Shown: positions 36,961 through 48,300 of the stretch, piece after piece | Layout: every line of letters starts with the position of its first letter | How positions within the stretch are numbered: position 1 is the stretch's first letter | NCBI RefSeq assembly: GCF_963853765.1 | Contig: NC_088854.1 | Coordinates: 43,586,001 to 43,650,000 of the forward strand | Direction: 5' to 3' | Length of the DNA: 64,000 nt | Source of the DNA: Magallana gigas | Lineage: Eukaryota | Program-made: the position numbers and the translations under genes | Notes under the pieces: model-generated | Database searches by the model: none | What the model saw: the letters and a program-made list of their open reading frames with translations, nothing else | What the model was told of the DNA's origin: nothing

Positions 36961-37171
36961 TACTGTGGAATCATTAGATTTTGTGATCGCTCAATTTTCA
37001 TGGAATTTGTGAGTACCTCTCAACCACCAATTAACATTGATCCTCCCCGAACCCCTAAATTAGGATTTTAAAGTCATATTTTCTTATGTTGGAATAAGAG
37101 AATAAATGAATCTGTAAAATTTAAGGAATCCACAAAAATTGGCCCCAGCGAATTTAAATGATTCCACAGTA
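36961..37171. mobile_element. MITE with TACTGTGGAATCATT termini (TA target, Tc1/mariner-like)
   Basis: Perfect 15-bp inverted termini TACTGTGGAATCATT / AATGATTCCACAGTA; same family as 58056-58292. Confidence 0.8.
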
Positions 37172-39425
37172 CTTAAAAAATACAGTGTAGGTGGTTGAGA
37201 CTTACAAATCACTTCAACAGATCCATTGTATTCCAGATATCAGTGTTCGAGATATCAAAGTTCAACTGTATATAGGTTTAGTGAAATCCTCTAGATCAAG
37301 CAAGACAAAACACAAGACTTATTTACAGACAATCCTAATAGAATGGTGGTGTTTGGTACATGGACGGAATCTTGTAAATAGCAATAAAAGCAAAACACCA
37401 CAGCATACTACAGTGCATACATTCTTCTGCATTCTATATAAATATTCACAACATGGGGTTAAGTGTTGTAACAATAAGGTGGTTAACTGCTCAATGTATA
37501 TGTAAATGCCTATTATGCTCTCCAAAATACATGTAAGTGTTTATTAAAGCAGATGTTGACAACCAAAAGCAATATATTACATTAACAAACTGTAAAAATA
37601 ACATACATACTGTACCTAGAATCATGATATACTCCCAGCAAATGGGAGAGGATCGAACATTTTGTCTTCCATTTAAGACAATGACTTGGTATTTCGCCCT
37701 GAGAATTTCATTGAGTGGTGGTTAATGAAAATAGTGGGATTTCAAAATTCATATATTTTTTCATATATGGATGGATTTAACATAGGGTGCTCGATCTATA
37801 TAAAGCAATCAGTGAATATTTAATTTTTAGTGAACAGCTACTGATACATATAAGTTGTTCAGTGAATTTAAAGCCTTATCTGGATATCTAAGTGAGATTT
37901 ATATTTGTACATTTTATGGCAAATAAACTGACTGAGATAAAAAAAAAAATACATATTGCTTTTGCTATTTCTCATAGCAATTCAAATTTAAGTAAAAAAA
38001 AAAAATGCAAAGGATTTCTCACACAACGGATTAGTTACAGTATGTTCACAATAAATAAAACAATGTCATCATAGCATCTTGATTATAAGAAAAATAATCA
38101 AAAGATTTTGTTACATAGTACTCCTCGTTAAAACGCTGTTAACACATAATGTATGGGTTAGTCATATTTTCATAAGCTTATCTTGATTTTTACCCACAGT
38201 AAAACAAAAAATCTATTTGTATGTCATATACATGGACCGGTTAAAAACAGTGTCTAGTTTTGTCCTCTTGAAATCAAATGACGGCCGGCCATCAATAATA
38301 CACAATCAGAACTTCAACCTATAACGGAGGTCAAAACACAACAATCATATTGCATAATGCAACAACAATAGAATTTGAAAATAAACAACAAGACCTTTTA
38401 ATCTTGAACACTCTAAATGTATCGATATATCCTGTTTTAACATTCATCACACGAGATTAAAATAACAAGGGCCACTGATTCACAAACATATTGCTTCACA
38501 ATTATACAAACATGATAAGGGAACAGAGTTGGATTGTTAGTCGAGATCAAGATGGATTCTACAGATATAATGCCCTAGAACTATTTCATCTACTGTAACT
38601 TGTATACAGATCCAGATCTACATATATTAATGTGAAAGATTTCATCTATGAAAAGTGGAATACATACATGCCTCCTCTTCAGTCTTGATTAAGGAATACA
38701 TGTACTAGTATATTGTATTGTAAGGGTCATACTCTAATACTGATTACAAATATCAATAATGTGGCCTTCAATAGAAAATCTTCTTATTTTATTTAATCAA
38801 ATATTAGAAATTTCAAGCCTGAATATGTAGTGACAATTTGAAATACTGGTATGTCATCAAATGAATCATCTTCATACTTTAGATATATGTACAATGAACA
38901 GAAATATTAAGCGTCATTACAGTAGTGTATTTTTACGAGAATGCACATTCATGTATGTGCACAATTTACATGATTCTTTTTTGTTGATGCTTGCCCATTC
39001 CCTCAAATTCATGTCATACTCAAATTGTTACATGTTAGATAATTACTGAAAATGTTATTCAAGGTTTTTCAAACCCTTTGTCAGTTATCCAAATATAATC
39101 CCCAATAAAAATATCACAGTAAATTTTAAAATAAAATATTACCATATAGAAATCAATATGGTAGTCTAGGTACTATGAGTACGATAGCAAGGAAACTTTG
39201 ATTCTGGGGCTAAGACAGCATCTTTACCTAATGAAGTATGGTAAGTCATTTTGGCTGACAATAGGGACAGCAGGTCATACATTGTATCAATAGCCAGTGC
39301 AGTCATGGACCATTAAGGTGGGTGGGTGGGATGGGAGAGGGGCTAGGATGTACATGTCTACATCTATAAAGTCAGACTGGTCATACATGTAGCATCAATA
39401 CTTGTGGGGGTAAGGGTCTGTCCAT

Positions 39426-41766
39426 CTACTGGACCTGCTGGTGTTGATCTGTGAACTGAGCATCAATCTGGGAGGCAGCCGCCATCTGTTGGCTCACCAT
39501 CTGTTGTGGAATTTGTTGTCCTGGCATGCTCTGTTGTATCATTTGTTGTTGTTGTTGCTGCTGTTGTTGTAGAAACATCTGTTGTTGAATGTGAGGATCC
39601 TGCATTTGTTGAGCATACATCTGTTGTTGTTGTTGTTGTACCTCAAATGCCTGCTGTTGCTGCTGCATTTGAACCTACATTGTACAAAATAAAATTACAA
39701 TAAATGCGTGTACAAGGAAGAGGATAATTCAATGCTTGTAGTTTTTATACACTGTTAGATGGTTAACTGTACAGCAGTATGCAGGTACTGCCTAACAGAC
39801 ATGTACAACTACTCTTGTGTCGTACCTGTTGTTGGATACTAGGCTGCGACTGATGCCTGGCGTGCATGATTTGTGCTACATTGTACACATAGGTTATGTC
39901 TGGCCGCTGTTCTGGGTTTGGGTTGATACACAATGCCACCAAGTTTCTTAACTATAAGATAAAGCAAAATCAATTATTTCTTTGAATCCCTTTTATATAC
40001 GGAAAACAATGAGAATTAAACATCCTGAAATTGTACTAGCCTCCTCTGAGTAGCAGTCAGCTGGTAAAGGGGGGTAATCACATTGGTCAATCTTCTTACA
40101 CAGGGAGTACAAATTCATCTTGTCTCCATAAAAAGGAGATTGTAGAGCAGCCATCTGGCAAAGGGAGAAAATCCAGTTAGTACAACAAATAAGATACCCA
40201 CAGTTGTCTGAATAGAGCTACGCTTTATTGGAAAGTATTCACTTCGATAAATGAGGGATTGAGTACAATACATCACCAACTTCTGTAATGCATTCACCTC
40301 ATACAACAGACACCCCAGAGACCACATGTCTGACTTGAAGTTGTACCCTGTTTCATGAATTCTCTCTGGTGACATGTAATAAGGAGTTCCAACTGCAGAG
40401 ATAAAAGAGGGACAGTAAATTTAGTTCTGTGACAAGACATCACAAAATCTCTTGTATAGTTTTAATACATCTGTACAAAAAACTAATCTGTCTTACCGAG
40501 AGAGTGAGCAGCTGTGGTTTTGGAGCTGAAGAATCTACCCAGTCCTAAATCTCCAAGCTTTACAATTCCTTCAGCAGTAATAAACACATTTGCAGGCTTG
40601 ATATCTACCAAAAGTGAAATACATGAGAGATTAGGTACTTTTCACAATAAAATGGCGAATATTTAAACTGATGACAAAATAGTACATTGTGAAAATTTAG
40701 GGGATAAAATACAATAGAAACAAACCTCTATGCATAATCCTACAATTATGCATATGTTCTAGAGCACTGCAAATTTGTATGAAGTATTTCCATATAGTCT
40801 TTTCAGGAATCAGTCTCTTGTGCTTCTTAAAGTGCTGTTAAAAAATGTAAAGAGTACATAACAGTAAATGTTACCAAACAATATAATAGTAGTTACATGT
40901 ACCAAGTAAATCAGATAATTTCAATAGTAGCTACATGTACCAAGTAAATCAGATAATTTCCAGTAAAAAGAACAATTTTTTTCTATCAAAATAAAAGGTT
41001 CAACACCATGAAAGAGGTTGCTTTGAATTATGTTCAATTTATTACAATATTAAAAGTACCTAGAATACCAGTACATTAACTGACCTTTATCATTCTAGAG
41101 AGATCACCAGCATCAGCCAACTCCAGCACAATATTTAGCTCATTGTTTTCAATGAAAGAGGACAAGTACTTGATCACATTTAAATGATTAAGTTGCTGCA
41201 AAACAAGAGAAAAACTTGCAATATACCCTTTTGGATGTTAAAATAAAGCATAAATGAATAAATATGGAAATACTGTGTTTTCTGATACAATCTGTTAGAA
41301 ACTAAAAAAAAAGTCAGAAAGAGTTAATATATTTAATTGCCTCTCCCTTTAAATCAGTTTAAAAGATTATTTCCTTATCTTTTACATGAACTGTCATACA
41401 TACTTGAAGTAGCCCTATTTCTTTGATGCAGTCTTGTCTTGCCTTTGCATCCATCATCTCAAATATCTAGAATTTGATGAAAGAAGAAAAAAATAATCAA
41501 ATAAATGTATACATAAATTTCTGCAGTTATCATATCCAAACTCAAGCAAGAATTGAAGTACTCTAACATTTTACCTGTACTTTCTTCAAGGCAACAACAC
41601 TGTTGTCAATTTTACATCTTGCTCGGAATACTTCTGAAAACTGTCCTTTACCGATCCTTTTGTCGATTTCAAAATTAGCTAAACAACCGTAGATATTTCC
41701 TTGCTCCTGCTGCTGTTGAACTGTGTTTGGATCCAAAGCAACGGTGGGTTCCATTGGCATGGCCAT
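39426..41766 (-). CDS. NEK7: Serine/threonine kinase NEK6/NEK7 with Gln-rich C-terminal extension
   Basis: Exons 41766-41575, 41466-41404, 41195-41085, 40834-40726, 40604-40497, 40392-40298, 40154-40041, 39951-39826 and 39674-39426: [104 protein letters not shown]. Co-orthologue of NEK6 and NEK7. Confidence 0.96.
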
Positions 41767-43027
41767 TTTTCACTTAGAGAAAATTTTAAAAAGATATGGT
41801 AATTAGATTTTATCTCAGACTTAATCTATTGAGATAATAATATTATTTCATAATCAATTTAAGCCAAGTGAACTAAAAACAGCAGTGGTCTATGATTGAA
41901 GGAGCTGTATCCAGATCTAGCTAAACGCTTAATGTATGGGACCTTAAAAAAGATCTCTATTAATGATCTTTAATAATACATTGTACATGTACCATAATTT
42001 TAAAGCTGCTCGATCTATTTGTATAGCAAATTTTAGAAAAGATTTAATGATTTAATTGGTTTTTAAAGTATATGTTTACATGTTCCAATCATTATGTACA
42101 ATTCAATAGTTTCACTGCTCATTGTTAAAATATGTGGTTACAAAAATCACTAATTTACCAAGCACCAAAGGATTTATTTGGTGAAATTAAATAACCTTCA
42201 GAGGAATTGATCTGAATGAAAAGTTATTTAATTCTGAAGTGGCTAAATAATCCTATAAAGCAGCTTTAATAACAGATGTGTGTATATATACAAAATATTC
42301 CAACTTTCAGCCAAAGAAACATGATCTTCAAAATCTCACAGGCATAACACAATAATAATGAAAGTTTACATGCATAAGTGTAGGATTTATTGTCCATTTC
42401 CTTTCTATCAGACAACTCTTTCCCATTTGTGTACTGTAGTCCAACTTTTATTCTCACCAACTTTATTTTGTGATTAACAAGGGACAAAACTGGTTTGCAA
42501 TTAAGATGTGAATTTTCAAGAAAATAAAAAACAAGAGACATTTTATTATTGCTTGACGGCGAAAAATATTTGCGATGACAAGACTCTCGCAAACCTCTCA
42601 AAAATTTCTCGCACACAAATTCAAGTTGGTTTACATTATATTGTTTGTATATATAAACATTATACATGTCTACGTCTCTGAAGGGCCATAATTGGTAAAT
42701 AAAATTGAATTTATTTGAATGGACATTATTTACACTTTCCAATGTTTGGGCTCTATACTCCCTATGTTCTAATTTGGTATTTTTGTCACTATATCATGAT
42801 TTTCATAATTAATAAATACAAATCACTGAATACAATTGAAATTAATAATTGGAACAAAATCAAAGGCATTTTTTACATTTTACCCAGATACAATGACTAG
42901 AGTGAAAACAATATTCTTCCAGGAATTTGCAAATTCTGATATCTTTGACTCAATCAAAACACCTCCACACTTTCCAACAGTGACAAGGTCAGAGGAGTAT
43001 AAACAGGTCCAGCACGATCACTCTACT

Positions 43028-43635
43028 TAGCTACGTGGCTTGATTTACCTACGTAGCTTTTTTTTTACCTACCTGAGGTTTATTTAGGTACGCAATCATA
43101 TTTTTTTCTTAAATAGGCATTTGTACTTAAAGTCAATTATTTTCAACGTTGAACTGATCTAAAAACAATTTTTGAAAAAATCACTCTTTAAATGTTGCTC
43201 TTTTGGTGCAAATGCAGCCAAAGTTCAAAAAGTTTTGTGGCTATGTATAAATGTTCATGTGTTACCAAACAGCTACTTCTAAAATGGAATAACAAAGAAA
43301 AACAGTTCTGGATAACGTGATGATTGATTGGCAATAATTCAACACAATATGAAGTAATCGCACTCAACAATGCCTCATCCCATACGAGGTGTCATACACT
43401 TACTCAATTGATAGAAATGCATGTTTTCCTTAAAACAGCTCAAAAACAGCAATGTTCTGACTATTTTTACTCTAGATTGCTTTTATAAAACTACACAGTA
43501 CAAATAGAGGTTGATAGTTCCTTGCGACTTTTTGTCTGTTTAATATTAAGAGCAAAATTGCATATAAAAGGTAGCTAAATAAATCTATTTCAGGTAGGTA
43601 AAAAAGCTGTGTATGTAAATCAAACTACGTAGCTA
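43028..43635. mobile_element. Non-autonomous TIR element (~610 bp)
   Basis: Inverted ends TAGCTACGTGGCTTGATTTAC...TTTTTACCTACCTGA / TCAGGTAGGTAAAAAAG...GTAAATCAAACTACGTAGCTA. TSD not resolved. Confidence 0.75.
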
Positions 43636-43644
43636 AATCTGATT

Positions 43645-44670
43645 GGCTGTTCGTTCGCCCTAAAATGCGCTCGCCCTTGACGCCGTTCGCTCTAGTTTCC
43701 GTTCGCCCTTAGTCCGTTTGCTCTTTACGCCGTTCGCACTGGGTCTGTTCGCCTTATTTTTATATAGGATTAATTTATTTATATATATTTTGTGTATTCT
43801 GATCAATTTAAACATTATGAAGATATATATCAATTAATGAAAATAATACCACTTCTATAAATTGACTTACGGTGGCATTATTATATCGTTACCAAAACTT
43901 GTGAATTGATTATTTTGTTTTTTTAATGTTACTATATTTTATTTTCTTATGTTTTTATTTTGTAATTATTTTAAATTTTACCTCATAATATAACCATATC
44001 ATAATTATGAAATTTGAAGTGACTAAAAATCTTATGATCTTATTATTAATTACGGGTATATGATAATTAAATATAATTCAATTAGTAATTATATAAATAT
44101 ATTACTATAATTTGTAAATAAAGTGCTTGCAATAAAGTTGGAATAAGTTTCACATTATTTTTAACTTTAATGAATTATCTGTTATCCCTTCATCATGCCT
44201 GTACCAATGATTATTCTCCTGGAATAAAATCATCTTTGCCCAAAATCCAATCATTCTTGTAAAAATTGTTACATATAATGGAAAACGCACACCAAGTATG
44301 GCAAAATTTATTGATTTACTTAATTCTTATTATACAATTAAAGTCTCAATTTCTTTAATTGTTTAAAATTCACCAAGCGGATCATTTTTAAAACAAGAAG
44401 ACGGTTATCGACAATTTACGGCAATGAAATCTAACAATTATACCATTTACGTCTTTTTTGTTGAAGGAAAAACATAGAATATACGAATAATTAATAAAAG
44501 TTAACAAGTTTTCATTTAAAGGTAAATGAAATAACTTATAATGTGGTTTATTAATAAACAAGGTGCGAACGAGGTTTAGGGCGAACGATAATTTGGGCGA
44601 AAAATAATTAGAGCGAACGGACCTAGAGAGAACGGAGTAATGCGAACAGCTGGATAGGGCGAACGAACCC
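43645..44670. mobile_element. Non-autonomous TIR element with arrays of subterminal GTTCGCCC repeats
   Basis: About seven (C)GTTCGC(C/T/A)C units at 43648-43755 are mirrored by about seven G(G/A/T)GCGAAC units at 44565-44670; ends GTTCGTTCGCCCTA / TAGGGCGAACGAAC; very AT-rich core. Confidence 0.75.
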
Positions 44671-45328
44671 GATATCGCTAATTCCAGTGATTGTCTTGGA
44701 CCTGGTAAAGGTATAAAGCAGAGTGGAATAGAATAAACTCTTTAAATTTGAGAGGTTGTGGAGAGAAAAAAGTAAATATACAGAAGGCGCAAAAATATAT
44801 AACTTCCACATGTAAACGTCATAAAAGGCTTAAGCACATATTCAGAACTTTTCACAAAGGATGTCAAGTTCCTGGGATTCAACATGAACAAGTTGTAAAA
44901 CATGCATATTCAAATGTTTCCTCTGCCCGCCTTTTCTTACATAAAAGCCGACTTACATTTTTAATCTGTAGATTTATGTAGTTTTGACAAAATTACAAAT
45001 ATATAACACTATAATAAAAGAACTTACATATTGGAATTGCAAAACTACATATGATAATAATACCTGTGTTAATTTCAGGAAGTTGATAATGCGCATGACT
45101 GACGTACCTGACAACGTCATTCGACTAACTCTGTGTTTTACTTTTAAAATGAAGATAAAACTTGAGAAGTACCAAAATAGAAAAAAGTCATGATCTTGTA
45201 AACTTTTGTTTAAATACTAATTAAGCGTTGAAGAATTCAAGTATTTTTCAAACGCAAATTTTATAAATTGAAAGTAGTTTTCCAACTATTAGAGTTCCTC
45301 AGAATTGCGCGAAGCCAATGAATAAGTA

Positions 45329-48300
45329 ATGGAAGCGTCTGAACGCGAAGTTAAGGTGAATGTGTTGGTTATGAATTGAAAATTGACAGAGAGGTTTATT
45401 ATATTGTGAATTTCCCTTGCTAATTTGGACCCAAATACTGCCAGATAAAATAGTACTGTACAGACAAATTAAAATGAAAATCTATGACATCTTTTTGAAT
45501 ATAACCGAGTAAATTGCATTCGCTAGATGCCATATAAGATGGCAAACTTTTGCGTGCATTTATTTGTGTCAGAAAAAGGTGTACCAATATAGCCTGATAG
45601 CAGGTCAAGTACAATCTCTTTATTTAGCTCACAGGCACCTGATGTGAAAATAATGTTATTCTGTTTATAGTAAGGACGTTTCCTCTACTAAAAAAAAACA
45701 ACTTTAAAATAGTCACCATTTCACCAGCTCATCTTCCACATGCTTTGTTTGAAACTTGATCTTGCCAAATTAACATGATGTGGTCAGACCTGATCGAATA
45801 CAAGCACTAAATAGCTGAGTGGGTAGAGCTCCTGACAAGAGATTCAAAGGGGCTGGGTTCAAATCCTGGTCTTGTTTGTTGATATATATTTCTCAACTCT
45901 GGTACATTTGGTGCCATGCCAATCCGACAATCCCTGGAATTGAAAGGGTAACTCCTTTTAGGGAAAAGAATCTGGATGTTGGTCATTGAAGGTGATATGT
46001 TCATTTAAGTGTTCATTTCATTTTAATGTGATAATCAGACAGGATCAAATAGTCGTGCCAGATAGCTAAGTTGGTAGAGCATCTGACTAGAGATTCAGGG
46101 GGCCTACTTCAAATCCTCATTAGGTCTGTCCTTATTTCTGCCATAGATCTACATTTTTTGCTGTGCAAACCCCTGGAACTGACAGGATAACTCCTGCAAG
46201 GGAAAAGACCCTGGTATGTTCATCATTGAACAGTTGAAGGCGATGTTCATTAGAGGAGGAAAGAATGTGACAGTCGGACCAGATTAAATATTGGCACCAG
46301 ATAACTCAGTGGGTAGAGCACCTGACTAGAGATTCAAGGATCCTGGGTTCAAATCCCAGATTGGTCCAACAGTATTTCTTCCATCCCATTACATGTATGA
46401 AGTGAAACAACTTTTTTAAATCCATTTGAATGTTTTTTCTGTTTGTTTTGCAGGATTTCCGTTTCCAGCAACTCTGCAGAATTCGGATTTTTGACCCTCC
46501 TGATAGTCCCTTTCAAGGAGTTACTCAACTCATTGCCTGTTCTTCTAAATATGGATTAACATTTTTAGGAACAAAAAATGGTGATTTTTTTATGAATTAG
46601 TTATATGTATCCCTGGCATTTTTTTCTATAAAATATGGTACTGGGGTAGTACTTGCTAATATTTTGTGCAAGGACTTGAATCCCCTTTCACTTTTAAGCA
46701 TAGCATATTGAAATACATAAACTATTGAACATAATAATATATTTTACTTAAAAAAGACTAGAGATTCAGACAACTACCAGTATTTTGTAAGCTCTTTAGT
46801 AAACTGATTTTTTCCTGTTTTAGGATTCAAAGTTATCAAAACATCTGATGTGACAGACATTGATATTAGACATGCTGCAGAAAGAACCACCTTGATTGTG
46901 GCAGATCCGCCAATTAGGACTAGTGTTCAGGTGGAGGGCACTGTATCTCACCTGTGCTTGAGCTGTGATGAGCTAACACTGGCTGTAGTTGTCACTTGTA
47001 ATGGCATCATCCAGATCTACATTTATGATGTTAAAGAATTTGCTAACCAGGTACATCAGTTCCAAGCCTATTATAAGTACCATAAATGCATAACTTAAAA
47101 CAATNNNNNNNNNNNNNNNNNNNNNNNNNNNNNNNNNNNNNNNNNNNNNNNNNNNNNNNNNNNNNNNNNNNNNNNNNNNNNNNNNNNNNNNNNNNNNNNN
47201 NNNNNNNNNNNNNNNNNNNNNNNNNNNNNNNNNAAAGAAATTGATCTTTATTTATTACTAAATGGAACCATTTATACAACAGGGACAGAATGTAGACCCA
47301 TTTCAGAAGATTCGAGTGACCTGTGAAGTCCTGGACATGGCTTGGAATCCCACTCAGCCCACATTACTGGTGGTCTGTATGAGTGATGGTAGAGCTCAGC
47401 TGTTAGAGGTGGCAGAAAATTTCAAGATCGTGGCCTCACTCCCACCAGTGGTGTCAGCCTGCAGTGGTATGTCACAATCTAATTAAGATTTAGGTCCCTT
47501 GACCCACTTGCCACATAGATCACTATAGATCACTATACCCAACGAACTTGTGTAGTGATCTACATGAACAGATCGAGTGTACTGGAGGTCCTTTTATCAC
47601 TACTTGTAGATTCTTACTTACATGTACTTCAGACTATATCTACATGTACCATACCATTTTATTTGGAAATGTAAAACACATTCTTTATTCATATTTTATA
47701 TTACCGTAAGTGTCCAGTGAAAATATTGTTGATATGGTACTGTATAGAAAGTGTTACAAATGCAGGGATTGGGTTACAAGATCTTGAGTATTTTGATGTG
47801 TGGTAAATACTTTGTATATCAGTGTGTTGGAGTCCAAAAGGAAAGCAGTTGGTTATTGGCACTGGTAATGGAACACTGATGCAGTTTGACCATGAGCTAA
47901 AGAAAAAGAGAGATTGGGCCAGACCCTCAGTTTTACCAGAGGATCAACAGTTTGAAGGTAATAGTCAAGTATAACAGCTCCTTACATTTATCGGTAAGCA
48001 TATCAAATGATTGATATTTCCAGCCTTTTCAGAATTTTGCAGTTAGATTTAACATACTTCTGGAATAATTTCTTTTGTTTTTTTGTGAGGGGATTTTAAC
48101 CTGATTTTATCCAATTGCATGCAACCAGATATGTTGATTTAGACATATTATCCAAATTCACTGCATTCCAGCTGATTAATATTCATACGTCTCTCTGTGG
48201 AGAATTAATTGATTTTGGTATTTTTGGTATTTGATGCAAAATCCCCATAGACGGTTTTGATACTAGTAATTACTTTTATACTTCTACAGTTAAGGGAGTG

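Noticed and set aside
42266-42742. 158-aa minus-strand ORF upstream of NEK6/7
   Set aside because: Composition is typical of chance AT-rich ORFs and it overlaps a MITE remnant (~42500-42640).
43648-43755. CRISPR-like short repeat array
   Set aside because: Eukaryotic context; repeats are only ~8 bp with ~7-bp spacers and are mirrored at 44565-44670, so they are transposon subterminal repeats.
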